A stretch of 64,000 nt of DNA from Ectothiorhodospiraceae bacterium (GTDB lineage Bacteria; Pseudomonadota; Gammaproteobacteria; GCA-002705445; GCA-002716945), in contig BOXR01000005.1 of the NCBI GenBank assembly GCA_019651095.1, positions 4,992 to 68,991 on the forward strand, written 5' to 3'. The stretch's first letter is position 1. Each line of letters opens with the position of its first letter. The notes beneath the pieces are model-generated. The model ran no database searches. It saw only the letters and a program-made list of their open reading frames with translations, and was not told where the DNA came from. The translations under genes were made by a program, and so were the position numbers. Positions 1 through 12,251 of the stretch are shown one piece after another.

Positions 1-1099
1 AAATACCCGTTTCTAAGACTTGAGCTAATAAAAAAACTCAACCAAAACCTGGGCTTGAGATTTCAAAAAATTAACTTAAAATCTACCCGAAATAATTATT
101 TTTAAAAAAATGGTAAATGGGTGACAGAACGACTGGGAAAAAAAAACCCGGTTTTTAAAAGTTAAATTCAGAATATGTATCATTGATGAAAAAAGTAAAA
201 TTAAGACAGACTTAAATTATCTTCGAAAAAATTATAATGTCAAAATTTATTATTAAATCAATTAAAAATAAAACTTAACCATATTAAATGTTTCAAAGAA
301 ATAAGACAAATAGTTTTTTCTAAGTGATGGGGATATTGGAATAAAACCCAAAGCCCGGGGATGGCTAGTCACGGGGTTTCATGAATCAACTGTCTCTAGG
401 GCTGAAAAATTTGTACAAACTCCTAGAGGGATATGAATTAAAAATTTTTTTTTCATTTTGAACTTTTTACTGATACTGGAACAATATTTTAAAAAGTTTT
501 TTAAAAAATGATCGAGGAGTGCATTAAAGAAGAAAACAAAATAACCTTTGAGTGATAATGAGTTTAAAAAATTTTTTACTTAAAAAGGTTTTCAGTAGCA
601 AGACGAAAGTTACTAAATACAGAGAGAAAATCAATATCCAAACTCAACACAAAGAAAAAGAAATCTGATGATTAAAATTAAATTAGGGACCCCACGTATC
701 CGTGAAGATATTTAAAAAGACAAAAAAAAATCCTAGAAAAGATTTCTGATCCCCCTAGTAAGCCTTCAGGGGGAATGGGAATGACATTTTAAAAAGCTGT
801 ATGATCGAGAAAAGCGGGGGTCGACATCTTTGGAAAAGGAGTTGCGATCCCCATGCACGAATTGATACATTGAGTATCCATTCCATCAATTATAATATTG
901 GATGAGCCAGTGGAATTTGATAACATAGATAACCTAGATTGATATAATTGTATCTATTATTGTTCCTAAAATAACTATATAATCATTTAGAATTACTAGC
1001 TCTTTTTCAAAGCTTGATGACCTTCGTGGAAAAATTTAAAACAAGCGCGTAATAGTTCTCAAATTATAAAATTTTCCCAGACAACCTAGAGTTTATCAA

Positions 1100-1640
1100 A
1101 TGAAAATAGGTATTTTATTTAACCCTAGTGACATTGGTAAACAATTATTTCTGACTGCAACCTCAATCTTTGGGAAAAATCCATTTCAATTGAATTATTA
1201 TCTATTGATAATTATGATCAACCCAGTGATGTAAAAAAGTTGCCGATAAATATGTGAAATTCCTTGATAATGGAGCATGTTCTAGTACTAACAGATATTA
1301 TTGGGAAATACACCATCAAATATTACCTCCATAAATCATGAAAAAAATAGCGGTTGGGTTGAATCTATCCATGATTCTCAACGATTAATTACCGAGGATT
1401 CACCATCAAACAATCGGCGCTAGAAGGCGGCATTCAAAAAGTTTCAAAATATAGATGATCAAAAAAAACTTAGATTCTAAATAAAAGGACTTCCGCCAGG
1501 CCAAAGTTGTATCAACAGCAAATGAGTTTGAACGACAATCATCAAAACCCAAAGGGTGGAAAAATGCGATGCAAGAAATAAATGAAACACTTTTGTTATC
1601 ATCTCAGGGCTCAAGAATAAGTGGAAATTAAGGTATGACG
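1100..1640 (+). pseudogene. Remnants of PTS components: EIIA(Man-family)-like start 'MKIGILFNPSDIGKQLF' and an HPr-like fragment 'FRQAKVVSTANEFE'. Broken by multiple stops and frameshifts.
   Basis: Own translation of the + strand. Short HPr-like motif (PAAKLV..A..F) at ~1500-1560. No ORF >60 aa on this strand. Position immediately upstream of ptsI. Confidence 0.3.
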
Positions 1641-3403
1641 AAGGATGCAATGAAATCAATTGAGGAACTATTTAACAATAAATTTATAACAAAAAAGAGT
1701 ATTATTTTCACAGGTGATGGTGTATCACGAGGAATATGCATTGGGCAAGCAATCGTCGTATATAAGGACAATATTGATCATGCGCCATCTTTTATAGTAG
1801 AGAATCCAGGTTAATAAAGAATCAAAAAATGTTTTAGACGCAATAAATAAACTTAAAACAGAATATAAAAAATCATCTTCGAAAATAAAAAATAATCCTG
1901 CTATAACAAAATTAATGAATAATACAATCAAGTTTTGTTGATGATAAAAGTTTCAAAGAGAGTGTTCTTAATAAGATAAATAATCAGCAATTCAGCGCAA
2001 GTTGGGCTATATCCTCTGAGTACTATAGTATGAAAAAGTCCTTCGAGGATATCGAAGACAAATATATTAAAGAGAGATTAATTGATATTAAACAAATGAT
2101 TATCAGTCTACTAGAACTCCTTCGATCTAGAAAAAAGTTAGATATTTTCAGCAATAACACTATTGAAAATAAAATCATTATAACTGATGAAATAACACCT
2201 AAGGATATTATTGATATTCATCATAGTAAAGGGCTGGGAGTTATAACATCTCATGGAAGTCGCTCTTCCCACAGCGCAATTTTAAGTAAAAGTTTGGCAC
2301 TTCCTATGTTGGTGAAGGTAGAATCCTCCATCAATATTATTAAAGATGGCGACAAACTTATTATGGATCCTGAAAATCAAATAATAATAATCAATCCTGA
2401 TGAAATTGAACTAAAATATTTTAAAAAAATTCAATCAGAAAACAACTCATTAATAAAATCTTTCAGAAAAACAACTAACAAAAAAGCAATTACTAAGGAT
2501 CGAATAAAAGTAGATGTAATGTGTAATCTTGAGCTTTCAGAAGAGGTAAAGCTTTTAAATGATAGTTCCGATGGAGTGGGTTTATTCAGGACGGAGTATC
2601 TCTATATGAACCGAAATGATTTGCCCACGGAACAAGAACAATATCAAGCTTACAGTAAAGTTTTTAAAAAAGTAAATAATAAGCCTGTGACACTAAGAAC
2701 ACTAGATATCGGTTCTGATAAAGAAGTATCTGAAAATATGAAAGTAGGCCAAGTTGCAAAAAATCCTGCCCTAGGCTTAAGAGGCATCAGATATAGCTTG
2801 TATGAAAAAAATCTTTTTAAAGTCCAAATAAAGGCTATGTTGAGAGCTGCAAAAAAAGGAAAACTTAGAATATTGATACCGATGATCACCACGCTTGACG
2901 AAATCAAAAAAGCTAAAGAACTTATTGATGAAGCGAAAGCTGAACTTATAAAAGAGAAAAAGTCTTTCAGTCATAAATATGAAGTTGGCATTATGATTGA
3001 GGTACCTGCGAGTGCAATTCAGTCAAATGTACTATGTAAACATGTAGATTTTATGTCAATTGGAACTAATGATCTCGTTCAGTACATTCTAGCTATTGAT
3101 AGAATTGATGATGAGGTAGCAAGTTTATATGATCCTACTAACCCAGCTGTATTGCAATTGGTAAAACAAGTTATACAGACATGCAATAAGTCAAAAATAG
3201 ATATCACAGTATGCGGAGAGATGGCAGGTGAGAAAATATATACTAAACTTCTACTAGGTCTTGGTCTGACATCTTTTAGTATGCATCCACAAGCAATACC
3301 TGAGATTAAAAATCTTATAATGCAAACTGATACTAAAGCACTTAAATCAAAAATAAATGCTATCTTAAAATGTAATGACTATGAAGAGATTACAGTTGAT
3401 TGA
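1636..3403 (+). pseudogene. ptsI: Phosphoenolpyruvate-protein phosphotransferase (PTS Enzyme I). The C-terminal 457 aa is intact (2030..3403). The first ~120 codons are split across three frames.
   Basis: ORF 2030..3403 carries EI motifs (GSRSSHSAIL, LGLRGIR, SIGTNDLVQY). Upstream 'MTKDAMKSIEELF..FTGDGVSRGICIGQAIVV' (from 1636) is EI N-terminus in another frame, ending in a stop at ~1813. A second frame switch precedes 'YSMKKSFEDIEDKYIKER'. Confidence 0.65.
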
Positions 3404-3439
3404 ATCTCTCTAGTTTTTACTCGAGGACAATAAAAAATC

Positions 3440-5360
3440 TATAAGTGCCATAGAGCTGTAAAGCTATTATGAGCTTGTTGCCAGACTGCACTATATTGAG
3501 AATCTATTATTGTTTCATCAATTTGCTTCTCCTCTGTGCGCAGGTAGCAATGAAGAAATATCGCCTTTTCTGTAACTTTTGACATTAAATTCATAGTAAC
3601 CTGAAAGCTTTTAAATACTTTTTCTCTCTTCATTTTCTGCTCATCACCCATTAGCCCAAACATCGTTGTTACAACATGGCTCCATCAACAGCAGAACCGG
3701 TATTTCCTAATTCAACATTTTCAAAATTTATCAGTGTTATTTATCGGTTCATACCATTTGGACAGATATTTTAAGTTTAAATAAAATTTTGATGTTTTAT
3801 TATGAGTTGAATTTTGTTACCATTCAACCCGGCAATTGTAATTGTTAAATCATCCCTTTTTATCTCGGAGGGTTTTGATATCGCTGCATTGACATGGATG
3901 AAACAATTACACAAACCATTTATACGGAACGATAAATTCTTGCAAACATTTTATCTCATCATGGGTTTTTTCCCATCATTATCAAATCAACCATCCCGAG
4001 AGTACTTTGGCGTGTCAGATATACCCTCCCTCTTTTAATGGTTGATCTCTGAAAAAAAAATTGCATGCCCCCAAATTTATACATCGGTCTCAAATGAGAC
4101 TCTGGTTCTTTTTAATTTTTTTTAAAAATCATAGCCAAAGTCCTATTAACATATGTCTTGGAAAGAATTTTTTATCAAATTTTTATACCAATATTTGTAT
4201 AATTCTTTAAACTTGGAAATTAATATCATTAATGACTTGAAATCTCTCTTATTCATATTTTCATTATAAGCCTTAATTATATCAACAATTTTTAAAAAAC
4301 TTTTCTTTCATATCAAAGGCGGATAATCTTATGTTTTTGTTTAGAACATTAATTACCAACCTTTGTCTAATGCTTTTAACAATCAGTACAATTTTTTTTA
4401 AGCTCATCCTATCATAATCCAAAAAAAATTTCTGAAAAAGCCTTTAATTTTTGCTTTGCCATATTCCTGCATAAATTTGTAGGGTATAAAGCTGACATAA
4501 CTGATCCTCAAATTCAAGAAATTTTTTTCCAAAAGATTTTTTAAGGGAAATTTCCCCCGAATGTGACCATGATTCCGCTGTAAAAAATTGCTTCCCCTCC
4601 AACACCCCAAATTTGGGAAATCCATTACCAAGAGCTTTTCTACCATGACAACTCGGGAGTTCCCCTATGTTGATAACCAAACCATCACCCCGTCCCACAA
4701 AACCCGACTGAACCTCTCTATCATAGAAAATATTTTGTTTATTGCAGATTTCCCTTACTTCTTGAAGATTGCTTTGTCACAGGAAAAATTCCGCCCCCCA
4801 CCTTTAATGGTTCAAAAAGAATTGCGATACTCATCATGATTTTAAAAAATTCTTTTTGGCTTAATTTATTAAATTCAAATCTAAGAGCCGTCCAAAAGGT
4901 CCAAATGGGCATGAGAAGTGTGCGATGTTCCCCATGCCCCATAGTCCCTTCCTAAGTTTTGCATTACTAAAATTTTGGGTTTATCCTATCATGACCTATT
5001 TTCTGCAATTTTAATGCGCCTCAAAAAGATTCTGCCCGGTTCAAAAAAAAACATTTCCCTTCTTAGTTGACATATCTTTTTGCAATTTTTTGTCCAAAAA
5101 GAAATGCATTGGAAGTATGAATCAATTTTGCGACTGTTTTGACTGTTTTGCTTTATGGGGTGAGTGACCCAAGCTTGTAACTGCTAAACCACGGTATCAA
5201 AATACTGCTTTCCCTCAGATCATATAAAATAAATTCCTTCCCCCTTGTAAAGGTAACTTTTCCTATTTAGGTAGGCATGATTTTGCTGGTCATAATCTAC
5301 ATTCTCGCACGAAAAGAGTAATTCTATATCAAATTGTGAATAAAGCTAGCTGTTAATAAA
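3440..5360. other. Roughly 1.9 kb with no long ORF on either strand, only 60-85 aa fragments. Likely decayed gene remnants downstream of ptsI.
   Basis: The six-frame track shows only short overlapping ORFs. Homopolymer-rich sequence. One fragment has a GHGEH motif that could be a metallo-beta-lactamase-fold remnant. Confidence 0.4.
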
Positions 5361-5443
5361 TAATGCATTTTGATTATATTTTTGTGTATTTTTGGTGCAA
5401 TATCCCTAAAATGATGAGGTTAACGTTAAATTATAGGGGAAAA

Positions 5444-6483
5444 ATGAAGAATCTATTAAGTGCACTTGCGCTATTATTTTTCCAGTACAGCATTTTCTGG
5501 TGGACAAGGATGAGTGATTCGCAAGGAAACAGTATGTCAGCAGCCAAGGCATCTTCAGGGGTACATTTTTATGGAAGGCTTTACATTGGATATGATAGCA
5601 CTACCGGTGATACGGCTAGATTAGATGATGGCGGCAATAAAAGCAGACTTGGTCTTAAAATCAAATCGGGAATATTGTTGGTAACCTAGAATATAAATAC
5701 GATATTGGTGATGGCACAAGTGGTGCAGGTGCCAACTGTGGAACTCATCAGCAAATGGATGTCAAACATTTGATCTTCATGTCGGTAATTTAGGTTTTAT
5801 GACACCACTCGGTTACATTGGTGCAGGTACTTATGAAGCTCCTTATAAAACTATGGGGATGTTTGATGAGAATATGGATACAGCCATAGCCCTGAATTCT
5901 CATGGCGGCTTTAGTCAAGGCCAAGGTGGTATCGCGGGTAACTTTGAAGGTGCAATAGCATATCATGCCATGATGGGGCCACTTGAAATTGGTTATATGT
6001 ATGCTGCAACAGACAACACAGCAAATGATGTTACCAATACAGACCGTGGTGATTATTCAATTGGTGTGACAGTCAAAGACATGTTACTAAATGGTTTAAC
6101 TTTTGGATACGCAAGATATCATGACGATGAAGTATCTGGAGCAGAAGGCGAGAATAATGATAAATTTTTTGCCTCTTATCAAGTTATGCCGAACATGGGT
6201 GTATTCTTGTCTTTAGAGGATCTTAGCGTGGTAAATACCTTTATTGCCTCCAGTGGAACCGATGGAAAGATTAATACTTATGGCATTCATTACTCTTTGG
6301 GTATAGCAGATATTCAGCTTGTAAGTGCTGAAGGGATTCTGATGGTGCAGCTAACCAAGATTATCAAACACGCAGCATCTCTGCTAAGATTAATCTTAGT
6401 AAGAATTCAGACATTACATTGGATACACTAAGCAAGACTTTGACGAAGATGGCTCAGACTTTAGTACATCCGGCATGGTCTAA
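5444..6483 (+). pseudogene. Outer-membrane porin (Gram-negative porin family) in two fragments plus a shifted C-terminus. Paralog of the intact porin at 31768..32862.
   Basis: 5363..5689 has a signal peptide 'MKNLLSALALL' and 'FYGRLYIGYDST...SRLGLK'. 5799..6431 continues beta-barrel-like sequence. Similar to the intact porin ('KLYGRLWAQYSNEKTDGS', 'GRIGFKGKS'). Confidence 0.55.
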
Positions 6484-6512
6484 CACATAAATTCTAATTT
6501 TAGAAAAATGTA

Positions 6513-6552
6513 AAAACCTAGCCTGAAATGATTTCAGGCTAGGTTTTTTATT
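6513..6552. terminator. Bidirectional Rho-independent terminator: hairpin CCTAGCCTGAAA-tgat-TTCAGGCTAGG flanked by an A-run and a T-run.
   Basis: Perfect 12-bp stem at 6517-6543, followed by TTTTTTATTT on + and preceded by AAAAA. Sits between convergent genes. Confidence 0.7.
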
Positions 6553-7169
6553 TATACAATATAAGGGGTTATAGACGCCAGCGAGACTAGTCCAGGATGA
6601 TGCGCTCCGCCCATGAAAAGTAACATAGGGATACTAAGCACTGTGTTGGTCCTAGAAGCTAACAAAGCTGTTTTCTTGGCTTGAGCAATCTCATCAGCTG
6701 AAGCCTCTACCATGCCTAGTACCTTCTGTTGATTTGGCCAAATGAGTACCCAAACATTAAATAACATAATTGTTCCTAACCATGCTCCTGCACCTATTAC
6801 AGAGCTATAACCTCCAGCAAAAGTAAATGCATCTATAAACTGGCCATGATGACCTAGATACGCCGCACCGGTTAACCATGTTACTACTGCACCCCACCTG
6901 AACCACAATAAAGCCAAGGGGGCAACGTACTTCCCTATCGCAGCTGGACCTGGTTCCTTGTCAGCTGTCGCTTTCGCCATTGCAGGCACTTGAACGAAAT
7001 TAAAATAATATAGCAGTCCAATCCATGTTACACCTGATAGGTAATGTAGCCACCTTATATACCCCTCAGCTTCAATAGGAATGCTGCCATCAGCTAAAAT
7101 CATTATGAATACAATTGCTAGTACAAAACCAGAAATTATAGTACCTTTTATTGATAATAAAGGATTCAT
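6552..7169 (-). CDS. Polytopic membrane protein of unknown function, with a weak HemJ/PuuD-N-like motif.
   Basis: 205 aa with about 5 hydrophobic helices. Motif 'IRWLHYLSGVTWIGLLYYFNFVQVP' resembles the HemJ-family signature. No firm assignment. Confidence 0.35.
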   Translation of the reverse strand: MNPLLSIKGTIISGFVLAIVFIMILADGSIPIEAEGYIRWLHYLSGVTWIGLLYYFNFVQVPAMAKATADKEPGPAAIGKYVAPLALLWFRWGAVVTWLTGAAYLGHHGQFIDAFTFAGGYSSVIGAGAWLGTIMLFNVWVLIWPNQQKVLGMVEASADEIAQAKKTALLASRTNTVLSIPMLLFMGGAHHPGLVSLASITPYIV

Positions 7170-7251
7170 GTATACCTCATTTGTTGGTTGAAATTATGTT
7201 TAATAATAAATGAAGATTGATATTTAATCTATAGGGGATATAAATAAAATA

Positions 7252-9019
7252 GTGTGTGGAATTTGTGGAGAATTTAAATTTATCTCAAAGAGTTTTGATA
7301 ATGAAAAGCTCAATAATTTAATGGATTCTATCTCCGCAAGGGGAAATGATTCTCAAGGAAGATACATGGATGATGATGTTTTTCTTGGTCATCACAGACT
7401 TGCAATAATCGATACGAGTAATAAGTCTAATCAGCCAATGCAAGTTGGAAAATATGTAATTGTTTTTAACGGAGTAATATTTAATTATCGTGAGTTGAGA
7501 AGTGCTCTTATTAAAAAGGGGCACTCATTCTCATCTTCTGGTGATACTGAGGTAATTATTCGATCTTATATAGAATATGGCTCTGATTGTGTAAATTACT
7601 TAGACGGAGTATTCGCATTTTGCATTTATGACACAGAAGATAAAAAACTTTTTCTAGCAAGAGATCGTATTGGTATAAAGCCTCTATACTTTCTCCATGA
7701 ATCTGGACAATTGTACTTTTCATCTCATATGAAAGGAATTCTCAAGAATATGGTTAAAAGAAAAGTTAATCCAATTGCACTCAATTACCAATTTACATTG
7801 CATTCAGTCGTGCCAGCACCACACACTATAATCGATAATATTCAGAAATTAGAACCTGGTTATACAATTACAGTTCATAAATCAGGGAGAATAGATAAGA
7901 CTAGATATTTTAATATCGATGAAATTCAGCTATCAAAATATAATACTAATGAAATATATGAAAATATATCTTCACTACTAGCCGCCGCAATTGAAAAAAG
8001 AATTAGTGTTGCTGACGTTCCTGTGGGTATCTTGTTATCAGGTGGCTTAGACTCAAGTCTAATTACTGCGATATCTAAAGAATATAAAAATAACTTAAGT
8101 ACCTACTCCATAGGTTTTGAGACAATAAATAAGGAGGAGGGAAATGAATTCTACTACTCTGATCTAGTTGCTAATGATTTAAAAACATCACATGAAAAGT
8201 ATAGTGTGACTAGCCTTGATTTATTAAACAGTTTAGATGATGTTATCATGAGTATGAGTGAGCCCATGTTTAGTCAGGACTCATCAGCATTTTATTTATT
8301 AGCTAAAAATGTCTCTAAATCAGCCAAGGTAGTACTGAGTGGTCAAGGTGCTGACGAGGTCTTTGGTGGTTATTTCTGGTATGAGAAAATTATGAGGGAA
8401 AAAGACCTTAGTAGTATAGATACTCTCATAAAATATTATTTTGATAGATCATATGACAATTATAAAACAATTATACATAGTGACTATGTCTCTGAAAACT
8501 ATGCATCAAACGACATAGAATCTAGGCTAAAACAAATGGATCCGAGCTTGAGCATTTTAGATAAAAGTTTTCCGCCTAGAGCTCTCCATGTTTATTATTG
8601 ATGATCCGGTAAAAAGAGTAGATAACATGACTATGTCTCATTCTCTTGAGGCTAGAGTTCCGTTTTTAGATATTGATCTCATTAGTTTTATGCTCTCTGT
8701 TAAAAGTGAAAAGAAAATAGAAAATGGCGAAAAATGCTTTTTTAAAAGAGGTCTCTAAAAAATATTTGAACAATAAAATAATTAACAGGAGAAATTCTAC
8801 TTTCCTGTCCCACCACTTAAAATAATTAAAGATAAATTCTTTGACTATTGCAGAAAAACACTGTTATCAGAATCTGCTTTAGAGAGAAATTTATACAACA
8901 CGTCATATATTAATAAAATTCTTGAAAAACCAAATGAACACTTTACAAATCTTAATGGAAATGAGTTGTGGCACTTTACCTTACTAGAAAGATGGTTACA
9001 ACTAAACATTGATCAGTAG
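7252..9019 (+). pseudogene. asnB: Asparagine synthetase (glutamine-hydrolysing) AsnB. The N-terminal 449 aa is intact; the C-terminal third is split by at least 3 frameshifts.
   Basis: Ntn start 'MCGICG', 'HRLAIIDTS', 'SGGLDSS'. After the stop at 8601 the sequence continues as 'DDPVKRVDNMTMSHSLEARVPFLD', then 'KKYLNNKIINRR', then 'TFPVPPLKIIKD...LLERWLQLNIDQ', each in a different frame. Confidence 0.7.
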
Positions 9020-9059
9020 TCATACAAGTTATATAATTTTTACATAATCAGGAGAAACT

Positions 9060-9374
9060 ATGTCAGCACTAGATAGAATAAAAAAACAAGTAGAAGAAAG
9101 CCCTGTAATACTCTACATGAAAGGTACACCTCAAATGCCAATGTGTGGATTTTCTGCAAGAACGGTTGAAGCTTTAAAAAGTTGTGGTAAAGAGTTCGCT
9201 TATGTAAATGTAATTTTAGATTCAGAGATAATGCAAGAATTACCAAACTTTGCTGACTGGCCAACATTCCCTCAGTTATACATCAAAGGAGAGCTTATTG
9301 GGGGATGTGATATTACACTGGATCTTCATCAATCTGGTGAACTTCAAAAAATGATTGATGATGCAGTTAGCTAA
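9060..9374 (+). CDS. grxD: Monothiol glutaredoxin (Grx4 family).
   Basis: 'CGFS' active site, 104 aa, typical Grx4 length and motifs (WPTFPQLYIKGELIGG). Confidence 0.85.
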   Translation: MSALDRIKKQVEESPVILYMKGTPQMPMCGFSARTVEALKSCGKEFAYVNVILDSEIMQELPNFADWPTFPQLYIKGELIGGCDITLDLHQSGELQKMIDDAVS

Positions 9375-9998
9375 CCAGCTGGTGTATTAATTGCATGAAT
9401 AATGCCCCAATAATCGAAGATATTTACCTTAGATATTGACTGAACATTAAGTTTCGCGTAAGCATTAAATTCTGAAAATGGAAAGTATGGCCTCCAGCCA
9501 AGATATTTACTTACAGGCATGAGTCCTTTTTCTAAAATTTTCATAAATTTACTATCAGTCTCAAAACTAAAATGATTTACCAAATAAATGTCACCATTTG
9601 GTTTACAGACTCTTTTCATTTCTTTGATTAATAGGTTCGGATTCTGCGTCACCGAAACCACATACATCCAACAACTTTATCAAAAGAATTATCCTCAAAT
9701 GTAAGTTGCTCCCATTCATCATAATTACATTCTTATTTTGAAGATTATGTTTTCTTATGTTTTTTTTTGCCTTTTCAAGCATATCAGGAGATATATCAAT
9801 TCCAGTTACTTCTGTTTCCATCGGATAATATTTGTAAGAGGTGCCCGTTCCTATTCCTATTTCAAGAACCTTGTCAGTTGGAGTGCACTCCATCATGCTC
9901 ACAAGCTTTTTTTGGCCCGGTCTAAAGATTTGACCAAATGTGTAATCATAAAATCCTGAGACTCGTTTATATGATTTTATTATAGACTTATCATCCAA
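9371..9998 (-). pseudogene. Class I SAM-dependent methyltransferase split by one frameshift (9603..9998 plus 9371..9667).
   Basis: SAM motif 'VLEIGIGTGTS' in the upstream piece. The downstream piece continues an MTase fold. The two pieces overlap in different frames around 9603-9667. Confidence 0.55.
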
Positions 9999-10033
9999 TA
10001 TGCTATCCTAAAGTATAGAATTAATAGGCCTAA

Positions 10034-10378
10034 TTGTACCACTTTATGAATGGAATTATCAAAACTTTCACAGATATTATGCTCTTTAAGAAAGGCCCGC
10101 AGGATCTGCCGTCCAGCAAGACTCTTTTGAATGTTTTTATTATAGCTAATCTTCTAATAAGTTTTATACCAAACGATGTTAACTATAATTTGGGTATTTC
10201 CTTCATTACATCACTGATATATGTGGGTGCCAGCCTTTTTTTCATTCAAACAGTTCTAAGTGTAAAAGAAAACATGTCATCGACAACTGGATATAGGATT
10301 CGTTATGTTCAATCTGCCACATCAATACTTGGTATTCATGCATTTATCGGGTTAATAACAAGTTTAATATTTTTTTAA
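10034..10378 (+). CDS. Hypothetical small membrane protein.
   Basis: 114-aa ORF with 2-3 hydrophobic segments. No recognisable motif. Confidence 0.25.
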   Translation: MYHFMNGIIKTFTDIMLFKKGPQDLPSSKTLLNVFIIANLLISFIPNDVNYNLGISFITSLIYVGASLFFIQTVLSVKENMSSTTGYRIRYVQSATSILGIHAFIGLITSLIFF

Positions 10379-10556
10379 GCGGAGCTTCAGATTACATAAT
10401 CATAGTTATACTTATCGCAACACTATACTCATGGCTAATATACGGATATATTTTTAAACAAACTCTTGATTGCACAACTTTTATGGGTTTATCAATATCA
10501 TTCCTTTACAGCATGATAATCGGCTTCATGCTGATATTAGTTCTCTCCCTTCTTGT

Positions 10557-11875
10557 ATGAAAGTTCATATTCTAGGTATTTCCGGAACCTTCATGTCAGG
10601 TATAGCTATTCTTGCCAAAAAAAAGGGATATGAAGTAACAGGCTCTGATACCTCTTGTACGATCCAATTAAGTCTATTTTAGAGAAAGAAAATATATCTG
10701 TGATTAAAGGACATAAAATCAAAGATATCAAAGATAAAGATTTAATTATAATCGGTAATGTAATGTCACGAGGAAACCCGATAATCGAGTATATCTTAAA
10801 AAACAATATAAATTACATCTCAGGACCACAATGGTTGTATGACAATATCCTTAAACATAAAAAAGTAATAGCTGTAAGTGGCACGCATGGAAAAACTACA
10901 ACTACTGCGATGATTGTTCATATTATGAAAAAAAATAAAATGAACCCGAGTTATTTAATTGGCGGATCTCCAAAAGGTAATTTTAAATCAGTTTCTCTTA
11001 CTAGCTCAAAATATTTTGTTATTGAAGCAGACGAATATGACACTGCGTTTTTTGATAAAAGATCTAAATTTATCCATTACAATCCCTTTCTAGCTGTTAT
11101 AAATAATATTGAATATGATCATGCTGATATTTTTGAAAATATAGATGAAATAATAAAATCTTTTAGTCATATGATTAGACTTATACCATCTGACGGTACA
11201 ATAATTATTAATAAAAATGATCATAATATTAAAAAATTACTTCAAAAAGGATATTGGTCGAAGTTAATAACTGTAGATTCAAAAAAATCGTCAGGGGATT
11301 TTAATTTGATAAAGAAAAAACAATATATGCTTAAATTCAATAATAAAAACTTTTTATTGCCAGTGAATATCATAGGAAAGCATAACTACATAAATGCTAT
11401 AACTGCAATTGCAGCATGCAGAGAACTCAAGGTTCCAATAAATACTCAAATTAAGGCTCTATCAAGTTTTAAAGGCGTCAGTAAAAGAACAGATCTAGTT
11501 TGTGAGATTGATGGAATTAAAGTTTTTGATGATTTTGCTCATCATCCAACTGCCATTAAATCTTCGATTAACTCAATTAAGGACACATTCACAGGGAAAA
11601 GGCTTTTAACTATATTCGTACCTGGCTCAAATTCGATGAGACTTGGGGTACATAATGATCAACTTGTACCATCGCTGAAAAAATCAGATAGAGCGCTAGT
11701 TTTAACCAGATTCAAGCCATTAAAGAGATTAATGGGAAATAACATTAAAATAAATGTTATTGAAACTGAAGCTCAAATAAGAGAATATCTCGACAAGGAA
11801 AATAATTTCGATATTGTTCTCGTGCTTTCAAACAGGAATACTGAGAACATATTACGATACATTAAAAATGGATAG
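10557..11875 (+). pseudogene. mpl: UDP-N-acetylmuramate:L-alanyl-gamma-D-glutamyl-meso-DAP ligase (murein peptide ligase Mpl). One frameshift after codon ~33.
   Basis: 'MKVHILGISGTFMSGIAILAKKKGYEVTGSD' in frame 1, then 'YDPIKSILEKE...VSGTHGKTTTT' in frame 2. The junction 'acctcttgtacgat' is explained by loss of one T from a TTT run. Confidence 0.7.
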
Positions 11876-12251
11876 AGAAAAGCTCAAAGAGAAGTTATCA
11901 AATGACGAGTTTGATATCACCCAGAATAAAGGCACAGAAGCCCCTTTCTCTGGTAAATATCTGGATAATAAAGAAATAGGTCTCTATAGATGTGTCTGCT
12001 GTAATGCAGAACTTTTCTCCTCAAAACATAAATATGATTCTGGATCTGGATGGCCAAGTTTCTATGATGTTATTTCTCACGATAATCTCTCATTAATTAA
12101 TGATACATCACATGGTATGATGAGAACTGAGGTAACTTGTGCTAACTGTGGTTCACATCTGGGACATGTGTTCAATGATGGCCCTAGACCAACAAACTTA
12201 AGGTATTGTATCAACTCACTCTCTTTAAAATTTGAAAATGAAAGCATATAA
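11868..12251 (+). CDS. msrB: Peptide-methionine (R)-S-oxide reductase MsrB.
   Basis: 'CVCCNAELFSS...GWPSF' and 'CANCGSHLGHVFNDGP' zinc and catalytic motifs. Start taken at MDREKL. Confidence 0.85.
   Translation: MDREKLKEKLSNDEFDITQNKGTEAPFSGKYLDNKEIGLYRCVCCNAELFSSKHKYDSGSGWPSFYDVISHDNLSLINDTSHGMMRTEVTCANCGSHLGHVFNDGPRPTNLRYCINSLSLKFENESI

Noticed and set aside
1-1000. Possible structured RNA (tmRNA, RNase P, rRNA fragment) suggested by GC-rich hairpin islands
   Set aside because: There is no tag-peptide reading frame, no resume codon and no RNase P conserved elements. No stretch resembles rRNA. More likely eroded coding sequence. Left as an open note in the findings.
2650-2974. Minus-strand ORFs of 85 and 65 aa inside ptsI
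   Set aside because: They are antisense to a well-supported EI coding region. They are low-complexity, Phe/Leu/Ile-rich translations typical of AT-rich antisense frames.
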